A DNA stretch of 64,000 nucleotides from contig JAUSCK010000173.1 of the NCBI GenBank assembly GCA_030651035.1, positions 4,177 through 68,176 on the forward strand, read 5' to 3'. The notes under the pieces are model-generated. The model ran no database searches and was not told where the DNA came from. It saw only the letters and a program-made list of their open reading frames with translations. Positions 28,932 to 38,082 of the stretch are shown here, piece by piece. This DNA comes from Elusimicrobiota bacterium. Its GTDB lineage: Bacteria; Elusimicrobiota; Elusimicrobia; Elusimicrobiales; UBA9959. The translations under genes and the position numbers were made by a program. Position 1 is the stretch's first letter. Each line of letters begins with the position of its first letter.

Positions 28932-29948
28932 ATGAGGATAACAACTCCCGCTGCAAAGAAAAACCACATGCGCATGCTCCTGGCCTGCCTGGCCCTCGTC
29001 TTGTTCAGCGCCTCCGGCCTCCGGGCCCAGCTGAAAGTCTCTTTCGTGAACGTCGGCCAGGGCGACGCGATCTATATCGAATTTCCCAACGGCAGGAACG
29101 CGCTGATAGACGGCGGCCCTTCCGGCGTGCTTATAGACAGTTTCCTGAAATCCAAAGGCGTGACCAAAATAGATTACTTAGCCCTGACCCACCCCCACAG
29201 CGACCATTACAGGGGCCTCAAGAAAATTTTCTCCGACTACCAGGTCAACAATTATTACGACACCAAGGCCGAGAACGTGGACGCTATCGGCGACAACAAC
29301 CTGCGCGAACTGGCCGCGGCCGAGCCGGGCTGCGCCACCCACTATCCCAAACCGGGCGATAACCTGAACTGGGACTCGAAAGTGACCATCAAGGTCTTCA
29401 ACGCCTGCTGGGAGCCGGTCCAGATGCACAATAACGACGAGACCAACAACTGCTCCCTGGTGATGCGGCTTTACTACAACGGCAACGGCATCCTGCTGAC
29501 CGGCGACGCGAATTCCGAGATAGAGACCGAGATGCTGAGCCACTTCAAATCGGGGCTCCAGTCCAACATACTCAAGGTCGGGCATCACGGCTCGCGCACT
29601 TCCACCAGCGACGCCTTCCTGGCGCGCGTGCGGCCGGACTACGCTTTCATCTCCGTAGGCGTGAACAACAATTACGGCCACCCCCACATGGAGACGCTGG
29701 GCCGCCTCAGGAACGCCGGCGCCAAGATCTACCTGACCACCGCCGGAACGCAGTCTTTCACCATTCCCGCGCCTGGCAGGGACGCGTTAGGCCCCGTGAA
29801 TCTGATAGTCACGGAAGAGCCCGCGGCAACGGCCGAAAAGCCGGTGGAAGAGCGGTTTTCGCCTGTGAACCTGGCCTGGGACCCCTCCATTCCGGAGGAC
29901 TGGAGCTCGGCGGCTCTCAGCCAGCTTAAGGACCAGGCCGCCAGGTAA
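28932..29948 (+). CDS. ComEC/Rec2-like MBL-fold hydrolase, secreted
   Basis: NVGQGDA, THPHSDH, LTGD, KVGHHGS, YGHPH. Confidence 0.88.
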   Translation: MRITTPAAKKNHMRMLLACLALVLFSASGLRAQLKVSFVNVGQGDAIYIEFPNGRNALIDGGPSGVLIDSFLKSKGVTKIDYLALTHPHSDHYRGLKKIFSDYQVNNYYDTKAENVDAIGDNNLRELAAAEPGCATHYPKPGDNLNWDSKVTIKVFNACWEPVQMHNNDETNNCSLVMRLYYNGNGILLTGDANSEIETEMLSHFKSGLQSNILKVGHHGSRTSTSDAFLARVRPDYAFISVGVNNNYGHPHMETLGRLRNAGAKIYLTTAGTQSFTIPAPGRDALGPVNLIVTEEPAATAEKPVEERFSPVNLAWDPSIPEDWSSAALSQLKDQAAR

Positions 29949-29963
29949 AACGCGTTTTTTATC

Positions 29964-29994
29964 AAAAAACCGGGGCCCCCGCTCCGGTTTTTTT
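29964..29994. terminator. Bidirectional intrinsic terminator
   Basis: AAAAAACCGG...CCGGTTTTTT between convergent genes. Confidence 0.7.
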
Positions 29995-30010
29995 GTCCCC
30001 CGGGATCTTT

Positions 30011-30718
30011 CTACTTTTTCGCTTTCGGGACCTCGCAGATGTACCAGTTCTCCAGCTTCTCGCGCGCCCAGGGCGTTTGCCGCAGGAAAGTCAGGCTGGA
30101 CTTTATGCTGGGATCGTATTGGAAACAGCGGATGGGAATGCGCTGCCCCAGCCCTTCCCAGCCGTGCAGCCCTACCATGTAAGTGAGGAGAGCTTCCAGC
30201 GTAAGGCCGTGCAGCGGGTCGCGGGATTTTTTGGTGGGCGCGGGCTTGACGGAGGATTCGGCTATAGCCGCGGCGTAAGCGTTCCCCGAGCAGCACTCGC
30301 CCAGCGGGTTTTTCTCACCGCAATTGCATTTCGGCACCGCGCCGGTTATCTCCTTGATTATCACGGACCAGCGCGTAGCCCCTGTTTTCTCGACGGCGGC
30401 CAGCACCTGGGCTTTAGTAACCCCCGCGCAGTAGCAGGCGTACACGGGCTCCGCCCCCGCCTTGAAAAAAACAGGGACAGAAACGTCCTCCTGTTTGAAC
30501 ATAATACCCTTCGGATGGAAATAAACGACCGCGCAATCGGGGTTTTCGCAGATCAAGTATCTGTCATGCGGGGCGGCATGGCCGGGCTTAAGCAGCTTCC
30601 TCACCGTATTTCCCGGCACAATTTCGCCCGCCTCCCCGCAAACGGGGCAGGCAGGCCTGTCCCCGTCCCGGGCCTTACCGCCGCAAGGCTCGCCGCACCC
30701 GCACGATTTTTCGGTCAT
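30011..30718 (-). CDS. CopZ-like Zn-binding/BFD-like domain fused to DUF2132 (VF530)
   Basis: CPVCG...C..PDCAVVYF...CYC...C...NPLGECC; then PLHGLTLE...PSIKSSLTFLRQTPWAR. Confidence 0.75.
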   Translation of the reverse strand: MTEKSCGCGEPCGGKARDGDRPACPVCGEAGEIVPGNTVRKLLKPGHAAPHDRYLICENPDCAVVYFHPKGIMFKQEDVSVPVFFKAGAEPVYACYCAGVTKAQVLAAVEKTGATRWSVIIKEITGAVPKCNCGEKNPLGECCSGNAYAAAIAESSVKPAPTKKSRDPLHGLTLEALLTYMVGLHGWEGLGQRIPIRCFQYDPSIKSSLTFLRQTPWAREKLENWYICEVPKAKK

Positions 30719-30766
30719 ATTTATATCCGCCCGGCCATCAAGGAAAAGTTGCGTGCCACCTTTTTC

Positions 30767-31600
30767 TTATCGCGCGGAGCGGCTTAGTCTCTCCGTTTTG
30801 AACAGCCCTTCGGAAGTGATCACGAATTCCAACCTGGTATTGTCCTGGTTTATACAGCCAAAAACATAATCGCCGTCAATTTCATACTGCTCCGCCGCCA
30901 CCCCGCCCGAGGAGCGCAGAGCGGCGCATTTAGCGCCGAATGTCCCGGAGTTAGCCCGGACCCCGGCCGGGACGGCGTCCCGGGAGTATTTAATATCGTA
31001 CGCCGTCGGATAAAGGGCCAGGAGATACACGGAAGAACAGAACGAAGCCACCTCCCCCTCGATCTCGGAGATATTGAAAGCCAGAATCCTTTTGTACACC
31101 CTGTCTTCCCTGAACGCGATCTCGTCGGTGGCCGTTTCGGTCCTGTATGTCTTGAGCGTGCCGCCCTCCAGCGGGCCTGGGCCGATCGGGGCCGAGCTCA
31201 CCAACTCCATGCTCTTCCCGTAAAGTTTTTCTATCTCCGCCAGGCCCCGCTTCAGGGGGATGAAGTCCGTCGCCGCGGGGAGCCCTTCCGGAACAATTCC
31301 CCTGTCCGCCCTGTCGCCGGCTTCCTGCGCGGCTGGCTTCTCCGCCTGCGCGGGAGGCGCGTCCCGGCGCGGCAGGTAATGGTAAAGCGCCAGCACGCCA
31401 AGACTGAACAGGGCCACGCCGGCGCAAATAACCAGTAAATTTTTAAGACTGCTCCAGCGGGAAGAGCCCGCTGATCCCGGTATGGCGGCCTGCACCGGCG
31501 CTTCGGCCTGAAGCTGGACGAGCCTGCCGCACCCCGTGCAGAGCGAGGTAGCGGCGGAGACTTCCTTTCCGCAATCAGGACATTGTGTTAGCGTGGTCAT
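30767..31600 (-). CDS. Zinc-ribbon single-pass membrane protein
   Basis: CPDCG...CTGCG followed by one hydrophobic helix. Confidence 0.6.
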   Translation of the reverse strand: MTTLTQCPDCGKEVSAATSLCTGCGRLVQLQAEAPVQAAIPGSAGSSRWSSLKNLLVICAGVALFSLGVLALYHYLPRRDAPPAQAEKPAAQEAGDRADRGIVPEGLPAATDFIPLKRGLAEIEKLYGKSMELVSSAPIGPGPLEGGTLKTYRTETATDEIAFREDRVYKRILAFNISEIEGEVASFCSSVYLLALYPTAYDIKYSRDAVPAGVRANSGTFGAKCAALRSSGGVAAEQYEIDGDYVFGCINQDNTRLEFVITSEGLFKTERLSRSAR

Positions 31601-31603
31601 AAT

Positions 31604-32197
31604 TTATTTTTTATCTAAACTTATAGTGGCGCGGCATCCGGGGTAGTTGGGGCAGCCCCAGAACTTGGAGCCGGCGACGGGGCCGCGCTGGGCGATGCGC
31701 AGGACCATGCGGGTTTTGCAGTCGGGGCAGACGGGGTCGTTGTCGGACAGCGCCTGCAGCTTCTCCCTGGCCGCCAGCTCTTCCCGCATTCCCGGCGGCA
31801 TGGAAGCGCCGGGCTTCCCTCCCGGGAGAAGAACAGCCACCACGGGGATATCCGCGCTGGAAAGATCGTATTTTAACAGGTCTCCGGGGGCGACCCACTC
31901 AAGACGGTCATGCTCGTTCAGCTTGAACTCGCCGGAGAGGTGTTCCGCCCGGTACACCAGCAGTTCGACAGGGAGATGTTTATACTCGAACTTGCTTGAG
32001 CAGATAAAACCGCCGATCCTGGTGTCGACGCCGAACTCTTCCATCAGCTCGCGCCGCAGGCACTGTTCCGGCGTCTCGCCCGGCTCCAGCTTGCCGCCGG
32101 GGAATTCCCATTTCCCGCCCAAAGCGTCGCCCTGCCTGCGCTGGGCTATCAGGATCTTCCCGTCCTTCTCTATCACCGCGGCCGTAACTTGCTTCAT
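31604..32197 (-). CDS. MutT/NudG-like NUDIX hydrolase with C-terminal topoisomerase C4 zinc finger
   Basis: GGKLEPGETPEQCLRRELMEE; CPDC...FWGCPNYPGC. Confidence 0.88.
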   Translation of the reverse strand: MKQVTAAVIEKDGKILIAQRRQGDALGGKWEFPGGKLEPGETPEQCLRRELMEEFGVDTRIGGFICSSKFEYKHLPVELLVYRAEHLSGEFKLNEHDRLEWVAPGDLLKYDLSSADIPVVAVLLPGGKPGASMPPGMREELAAREKLQALSDNDPVCPDCKTRMVLRIAQRGPVAGSKFWGCPNYPGCRATISLDKK

Positions 32198-32289
32198 AAT
32201 TTAAATAATACCAAAAACGCAAACCCGCGACAGCCTTTTTACCGCCGAACCACGCCGATACGCCGGGCCGGAAATCGTATAATTAACTG

Positions 32290-33225
32290 ATGCGCAAGTT
32301 CCTAAGCTGGTTTATGCTCATAGCGGCCCTGGGCGCCGCCTGGCACCAGTGGCATACGAAGCAAGACCAGCTCCGGGGGGTGGCGCACCTCCTCCGGGCG
32401 AAGATATTCCCCTGCTCCTCACCCATCACCTATTCCATAGGCGCCATCGACGCCGGCTACACCCTCACGCCGGAGGAATTGGCCGGCGCCCTGAGGGAAG
32501 CCGAAACCGCCTGGGAGGGCCCTGCGCGCAGGAACCTTTTTGAATTCAGGCCGGGCAGCGGCACCGTTACGATAAGCCTCGTCTACGACAACCGCCAGGC
32601 CTCGCTGGACAAGCTCAAGGCGCTGGGCATCACGACGGACCTGAGCCTGGAGTCCTACAAAGCGCTGAAAGCCAGGTTCGAACAGCTCATCGCGAAGGTG
32701 GAGTCGGAAGAAGCCAGGCTCAAGGCCATAATAAGCCGCTACAAGGAGAGGGAGGCCGCTTACAACGCCGAGGTGCGGCGCCTGAACCGGCAGGGCAGCG
32801 CCGAGTCCGCGGAACTCTGGCGCGTCAAGACAAAGAAGGCGGCGCTCTCCATGCAGTTCGGCGGCATTAAAATGATAGAGGACGCTGTGAACAGGGACGT
32901 CGACACCCTCAACGCGCTGGGCACCACGCTCAACCAGCTTATCGTGCAGCTTAATATCAACGTCGAGCAGTACAACCGCGCCGGCTCGGCCATAGGCAGG
33001 CACGAGGAAGGCACGTACAGGATCTTAAGCGGGATACAGACGATAGAGGTCTACAAGTACACGGACCGCGAGCAGCTGGTGAGCCTGCTGGCGCACGAGC
33101 TGGGCCACGCCCTGGGCCTGGACCACGTCGCCGGCGCGGAAAGCCTCATGTACCCGGTAAACAACGGCGGGGGCCTGCAATTGACGGATAAAGATATCGC
33201 GGAACTTAACCGGGTGTGCAGGTAG
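32290..33225 (+). CDS. Matrixin (M10) family metalloprotease with coiled coil
   Basis: HELGHALGLDH plus Met-turn SLMYP. Confidence 0.85.
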   Translation: MRKFLSWFMLIAALGAAWHQWHTKQDQLRGVAHLLRAKIFPCSSPITYSIGAIDAGYTLTPEELAGALREAETAWEGPARRNLFEFRPGSGTVTISLVYDNRQASLDKLKALGITTDLSLESYKALKARFEQLIAKVESEEARLKAIISRYKEREAAYNAEVRRLNRQGSAESAELWRVKTKKAALSMQFGGIKMIEDAVNRDVDTLNALGTTLNQLIVQLNINVEQYNRAGSAIGRHEEGTYRILSGIQTIEVYKYTDREQLVSLLAHELGHALGLDHVAGAESLMYPVNNGGGLQLTDKDIAELNRVCR

Positions 33226-33270
33226 GTCCCGGCACCCCTGCCGCATAAACAAGCAACAAATAACAGAAGC

Positions 33271-34314
33271 TCATGCTGCCTTTTCCAAGATCATCGCTTT
33301 TCCGGCGGGGGTCAGTTCGAAAGCGGCCGTCTCGTAAACATACTTCATGAGAGGCTCGATGATATAGTGCCCGTCCTCATACCCCATTATCCTCGAAAGG
33401 TCGACTACGCGCCTTTTGCCGTCCGCGGCGCGCTCCTGGAAGCTGACATAGCCGATGCCCGAAGCGAGCATAGAGCGTATTTCGTCCAGGCCGAAAGTCG
33501 TTTTCGACGAAAGGTACATATACTCGACTCTTTTAAGGGCGTCCAGCACGCTCCCGGCATAGCAGGACGCGGCGACGGCCACCCCGTTCCTCATGGCCCT
33601 TACAACCTCGGGAACGCCTATCACGTCCAGCTCGTCCACTACGAGATAATCCGGTGAGAATTTATCCGCGTTCAGGAGCAGCTCCACGAATTCAGCGTCG
33701 GAGGAGGCGTCGAGGCAAAGGCACGACGGATGCTTCAGGATAAGATCCGAATTGTTCTGGATGGCCACTATTCTTCTGCCGGCGGGCATGCCGTCGGCAA
33801 ACACATTTACCAGCGTGCTCTTGCCCGAGGCGTTGCTTCCGGCGACCAGGACGCTTTTCCTTTGTTCGACGATTTTGTCAAAAAGCTTCTTCCCCTCTTC
33901 CGGAATGCAGCCGAATTTAATCAGCTCAGGCCAGCCCATAGGCCCGCCGGGGCGCTTCCTGATCATCACCGCATGGTATGCCGCCCCTTCGGCGCTGGTC
34001 ACTTTTGCCTGGTCGGAAAGGCTGATGTCCAGCACGACGTTAGCGCCGCCGCGTCCGCCTAGCCGGCGCGACGAATTTCCGGGAAGCGCGGACAATGACC
34101 TTACCAGAGCCGCGACAGCCGCCCTGGACGCGAACGGCGGGGGGACCGCTTCAAGCTTTCCTTTCCTTTCTATGGATACCCTGTCAAAAGCGTCTATAAA
34201 GATCTCCCTCACCTCGTTGTCGGAGTAGTATTTCCAGAGCGGGCCGAGGGCGCCCTGCAGCGATGCCATTTTACCTTCTTTGCTTTTCCCCGCGGATGAT
34301 CGTTTGTTTTTCAT
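33271..34314 (-). CDS. Divergent CpaF/TadA-like secretion ATPase
   Basis: AGSNASGKST, PDYLVVDE, DGKRRV; His box degenerate. Confidence 0.7.
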   Translation of the reverse strand: MKNKRSSAGKSKEGKMASLQGALGPLWKYYSDNEVREIFIDAFDRVSIERKGKLEAVPPPFASRAAVAALVRSLSALPGNSSRRLGGRGGANVVLDISLSDQAKVTSAEGAAYHAVMIRKRPGGPMGWPELIKFGCIPEEGKKLFDKIVEQRKSVLVAGSNASGKSTLVNVFADGMPAGRRIVAIQNNSDLILKHPSCLCLDASSDAEFVELLLNADKFSPDYLVVDELDVIGVPEVVRAMRNGVAVAASCYAGSVLDALKRVEYMYLSSKTTFGLDEIRSMLASGIGYVSFQERAADGKRRVVDLSRIMGYEDGHYIIEPLMKYVYETAAFELTPAGKAMILEKAA

Positions 34315-34409
34315 AACTCCTCCCAGGATACCGGCCTTGTCTTTCAGAGTCTACCAGAAAAGATTTCACAGCGGTATCGGCATTTACCACAGGTAGGGGG
34401 CGCCGGGGA

Positions 34410-34805
34410 TCAGTGCGGTTTTCGTTTCAGGAGGTGTTTTTTTAAGGCCAGGACGGCGGCTTCAGTGCGCGAGCGGGCGCCGGTCTTTTCAAAAATGGAA
34501 CGGATATGGAACTGCACGGTGCGGTCCGAAATTTCAAGCCTGTAAGCGATCTCTTTGTTCGCGAGCCCCGCCACGATAAGCGACAGTATCTCAAGCTCCC
34601 GGGGCGTTAATGCGCCTGGCCCCTTCGGATCCCGGAGCGGCTCACCGGCGGGCTCGGAAAGCTCGTTCAGCGCGGCCCTGGATAACCGGCGCAGCTCATC
34701 CAGCGCGCGAAGCGCGGCGCTGTCCCCCCTGAAGGCGGACATATAAGCCTCAATTGCCGAATGCATCTCGCAAAGAGTCTTTTTCAGGTTATCGAGTCTG
34801 TCCAT
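34410..34805 (-). CDS. LuxR-family HTH regulator without receiver domain
   Basis: LTPRELEIL...NKEIA..LEISDRTVQFH. Confidence 0.88.
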   Translation of the reverse strand: MDRLDNLKKTLCEMHSAIEAYMSAFRGDSAALRALDELRRLSRAALNELSEPAGEPLRDPKGPGALTPRELEILSLIVAGLANKEIAYRLEISDRTVQFHIRSIFEKTGARSRTEAAVLALKKHLLKRKPH

Positions 34806-34818
34806 CGCGGATATTATT

Positions 34819-35061
34819 TCACTGCGCCGCGGCGTCTAATTCGATTATGCGGCAGCCGATCCGGGCGGGCGACTCGTTGAAAAGTTCTATCCTGATCCTG
34901 CCGGTTTTGCGCAGGTGAATAAGGAAATCGGCGGCTTTAACGGGGTCCAAGCCCGCCACTTCGGGAAAGTTCACGCTGAGGACAGAGTGGGAGAAGATCA
35001 GGTACTCCCGGAGCGCGGCGACAGCCGCTTTATCGTCGATAGCTTTGTCTTTCAATATCAT
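34819..35061 (-). CDS. Hypothetical protein
   Basis: 80-aa ORF with GGAGG RBS, co-oriented. Confidence 0.5.
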   Translation of the reverse strand: MILKDKAIDDKAAVAALREYLIFSHSVLSVNFPEVAGLDPVKAADFLIHLRKTGRIRIELFNESPARIGCRIIELDAAAQ

Positions 35062-35140
35062 CTAGCCTCCCTTGGCGACATTATTAAGAACCGGCGGAGC
35101 CTTTTGCCCGTTCAGGCAGCGCCTCTTCTCCTATTCTAAT

Positions 35141-35172
35141 AAAAAACCGGAGGCAAAAACCTCCGGTTTTTT
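35141..35172. terminator. Intrinsic terminator after ssb
   Basis: AAAAAACCGGAGG-caaaaa-CCTCCGGTTTTTT. Confidence 0.8.
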
Positions 35173-35185
35173 ATTTCCGGGCGGA

Positions 35186-35662
35186 TTATTTCCGGCGGAC
35201 GGCCTTGGCCGGCCTGGGGGCCTGGGCCGGTTCTCCCGGCCAGCCCGCGTCTTCAACGTGCTCGCCGGGGGCGTGGTCCGCGGGGCCGGGCGCGGGCTCG
35301 CCTTCCGCCGCGGGTTTCTCGCCCGTGAACTCTATGCCGTCCACGTAGACGAACAGCTTGGAATGGTGCTTGCCGTCCTCTTTGCCGTCCCACTGCTCCA
35401 GCACCAGGTGGCCCTCCACGAACACCTGCCGCCCCTTGTGCAGCTTGGCCGCCAGGTCGGCCAGTTTGCGCCCGGGCTCGTGGTTGAAGGCCTTCATGTT
35501 CAGCCACACCGGGGTTTCCTCCCACTCGCCGGTCTGCGCGTTCTTGCGCACATTGTGCACGGCGAAGCCCAGGTTGGCTACCTTGCCGCCGTTCTTGAAC
35601 TCCGTCACCTCCGGGTCCCGCGTCAGCCGCCCGATCAGCATCACTTTATTCAGGTTTCCCAT
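35186..35662 (-). CDS. ssb: Single-stranded DNA-binding protein (no acidic DDIPF-type tail)
   Basis: LNKVMLIGRLTRDPE...KGRQVFVEGHL. Confidence 0.9.
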   Translation of the reverse strand: MGNLNKVMLIGRLTRDPEVTEFKNGGKVANLGFAVHNVRKNAQTGEWEETPVWLNMKAFNHEPGRKLADLAAKLHKGRQVFVEGHLVLEQWDGKEDGKHHSKLFVYVDGIEFTGEKPAAEGEPAPGPADHAPGEHVEDAGWPGEPAQAPRPAKAVRRK

Positions 35663-35705
35663 AATGCCCCCTTGCCGAGTTTATACAAATCCCTGCCGCA
35701 CAAAT

Positions 35706-35738
35706 AGCATAGCAGACGACCCCGACAAGGGTGTGTCG
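35706..35738 (-). promoter_or_regulatory. CGACA-N6-TGTCG palindrome, 11 nt, then TATGCT
   Basis: Minus strand CGACAcacccttGTCG-gggtcgtctgc-TATGCT upstream of ssb. Confidence 0.8.
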
Positions 35739-35758
35739 GGTTGGGAACGGCTGCTTTA

Positions 35759-37354
35759 TTATTTTTTACCCGGCTGAGCCCGGCGGAGTTTCGCGAGGGA
35801 CTCTTCTTTCTGCCGGGCGAAGTCGCGGGCTTCGTCCAGCGTGACCTGCACGAAGTGGATGGCCTGGTTGGGGGCGTACTGCCCCAGCAGGTCCATGTCG
35901 GCCGAGATCACGTTGAAGATGAGCGGGTAGCCGCCGGTGGTCTGGCGGTGCCGCAGCAGGATGATCGGGGATTCGGGCGTCAGCTGTATGGTTCCGTCGG
36001 CCACGGCCCCCGAGATCATGTTGCCGGTGGGACATTTCAGCCCCGGCTCTCCGGCCAGGCGTATGCCCATCTTGTCCATCTTGAAGGTGGTGCGCCACTG
36101 GGTATAGAAGAACTGCCCCGGCTCTTCCAGGCAGTGGTATTCCGGGCCGGGCAGCACGCGGATGCGCCCCTGCGGGTCGGCCCAGCCGCTGACGGCGGCG
36201 AAAGTCACCGCTTCCGCCAGCGCGGGGGCGCCGCCCTCCCGGCCCCTGAAGCAGAAATAGGTGTACAGGCCGTAGCGCTTTTCACCGAACTTGAGCCTGT
36301 CGCCGGCTTCGGCCTCGTAGACCCGGCTGTGCTCCACCACTACGGGCTCGGCGCTCCCGCGGTGCAGGAAAGCCACCAGGCGCGCGCCTGTCAGCACGAA
36401 ACGGCCCGGAGTCAGCAACTCTATCTCCGGCGGCCCCAGTATCTCCAGGGCCGGGCTGCCTTCGGGGTTGCCCAGCATCAGGTTCCCCCGCCTCAGTGAA
36501 AAACAATCCATGGCCCCGCCCGGCGAGACGCCTATGTGCTGCCTGCCGTAAGCCGGCAGGCCGGCGGTCCCGCAGAAACCGGGTTTTACCAGGCGTATAT
36601 TGCCCCTCACACCGGAGGCCGCGGCGGCCTTTTCAGCCTGGTCCAGCGCCGCGCGCAGCTTCCGCGCCAGCTCCAGCGCTATCGGCGAATCGGAGTGTAT
36701 GCAGACGGTGTCGGCCTTGATCTCTTTCCAGGCGGGCCTGGCCGGTTCGCCGCTGACGTTGACCCTGCCGCGTTTAATTATCTCGTCGGCCTGGGCCAGG
36801 GCTTCGTCCACATCGGTTATTACCGCTTTGCCGGCCCCGCGCGACACCAGGCGCAGGTGGCCGGCGGCCCCGTCGTAAGAATAGCGCCGGTCCAGAAAAG
36901 CCTCGCGAAACACGGCCAGGCTCAGTTTATACACGGCGGCGCCCAGCTCGGAGTCGGCCGGGGCCAGCACGCCGGAGACTCCGGACCGCTTAAGCCAGCC
37001 GGCCAGCAGCCCGGCCAGGCGTGCGTCGCGGCAGGCCTGGTTGTAAAGCGCGCCGTGGAATTTAACCAGCTTCACCCCGGGCAGAAGCGCAAGCTGCGCG
37101 TCCAGGGCGGCCAGCAGGTTCTCGTCGGCTATCTCCATGAGGGCGCGGCCGAAATTCGGCTTGTCGGGATAGGAGAGGTGCGCCGCCACGCGCACGCCGT
37201 GCCGCTCGGCCATGGCGCGGAAAGCCGCCACGCTCTCCTTGTCCCCGGCGTGGCCGTCGCAGGCGATATTGGCGATATGGATGAAAGCCATCAGCGCGCG
37301 GTCGCCTTCGTGCAGGGGGCCCTGCTCTCCGATGTCGCAGTTTATCAGCATCAT
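35759..37354 (-). CDS. pxpA: 5-oxoprolinase PxpA (LamB/YcsF) fused to PxpC
   Basis: INCDIGE...HAGD...KFHGALYN...CIHSD, then GGAMD...GTIQ...QTTGGYP; start ATG 37354 overlaps the pxpB stop. Confidence 0.85.
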   Translation of the reverse strand: MMLINCDIGEQGPLHEGDRALMAFIHIANIACDGHAGDKESVAAFRAMAERHGVRVAAHLSYPDKPNFGRALMEIADENLLAALDAQLALLPGVKLVKFHGALYNQACRDARLAGLLAGWLKRSGVSGVLAPADSELGAAVYKLSLAVFREAFLDRRYSYDGAAGHLRLVSRGAGKAVITDVDEALAQADEIIKRGRVNVSGEPARPAWKEIKADTVCIHSDSPIALELARKLRAALDQAEKAAAASGVRGNIRLVKPGFCGTAGLPAYGRQHIGVSPGGAMDCFSLRRGNLMLGNPEGSPALEILGPPEIELLTPGRFVLTGARLVAFLHRGSAEPVVVEHSRVYEAEAGDRLKFGEKRYGLYTYFCFRGREGGAPALAEAVTFAAVSGWADPQGRIRVLPGPEYHCLEEPGQFFYTQWRTTFKMDKMGIRLAGEPGLKCPTGNMISGAVADGTIQLTPESPIILLRHRQTTGGYPLIFNVISADMDLLGQYAPNQAIHFVQVTLDEARDFARQKEESLAKLRRAQPGKK

Positions 37355-38001
37355 TCTTCGGCCCTCGTGAAGACCACCGTGTCTCCGGGCTCTATGGTGT
37401 AAAGAAGTTCCGGCGAGGTCATGCCGAGTATGTTCCAGCCTCCGGGCGAAGTCTCCGGGTAGATGCCGGTCTGCTCGCCGCCTATGCCCACGGCGCCGGC
37501 CGGCACCGCCAGGCGCGGCGAGTCCAGCCGCGGCGTGACCAGGCTGCTGTCGAGGCCCAGCAGGTAGGGGAAATGGGGCCGGAAACCTATCATGGCCACC
37601 AGGTACTCGGGGGCGGTGTGGCGCCTTATAACCTCGTCCGGGGCGATCCCGGCGTGGTCCGCCACGCGCTGCAGGTCCTCGCCGTGGTAGGACACCGGCA
37701 GCACGTGCCGCACGGAGCGCTCCTTCAGACCGGCCTCGTCGGCGGGGATCGCGGCCAGGCAGCCGTCCACCAGGCGGCGCACCGCCTTCCAGTCGCAGAG
37801 CGGGTCGGCGTGGACAGCCAGGGCAGTATAGGAAGGAACCAGGTCGTGCACGCCCAGCCGCGCCAGCTCGCCGTTCTTCTTGAGCAGCCTGTAGACGTAA
37901 AGCACCTGCAGGGAGGTCAGCCGGTCTATGGCGTCCCCCAGCTCCCAGCAAAGGCAGGCGTCTCCGAGGAAATAGGTTTTGCAGGGTTTAACTGGGGGCA
38001 T
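37351..38001 (-). CDS. pxpB: 5-oxoprolinase subunit PxpB
   Basis: DLVPSY, GFRPHFPYL, PAGAVGIGG, SPGGWNILG. Confidence 0.9.
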   Translation of the reverse strand: MPPVKPCKTYFLGDACLCWELGDAIDRLTSLQVLYVYRLLKKNGELARLGVHDLVPSYTALAVHADPLCDWKAVRRLVDGCLAAIPADEAGLKERSVRHVLPVSYHGEDLQRVADHAGIAPDEVIRRHTAPEYLVAMIGFRPHFPYLLGLDSSLVTPRLDSPRLAVPAGAVGIGGEQTGIYPETSPGGWNILGMTSPELLYTIEPGDTVVFTRAEE

Positions 38002-38082
38002 GTTAAAACTATTATATCACTCGGCGGGCGATTAGTCTTATCTTCAATTTTAATCGCTGAATTTCAAGACCTGGCCCCCTAC

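Noticed and set aside
35759..37951. 730-aa ORF from the track
   Set aside because: The first 198 codons overlap pxpB out of frame; the real start is ATG 37354
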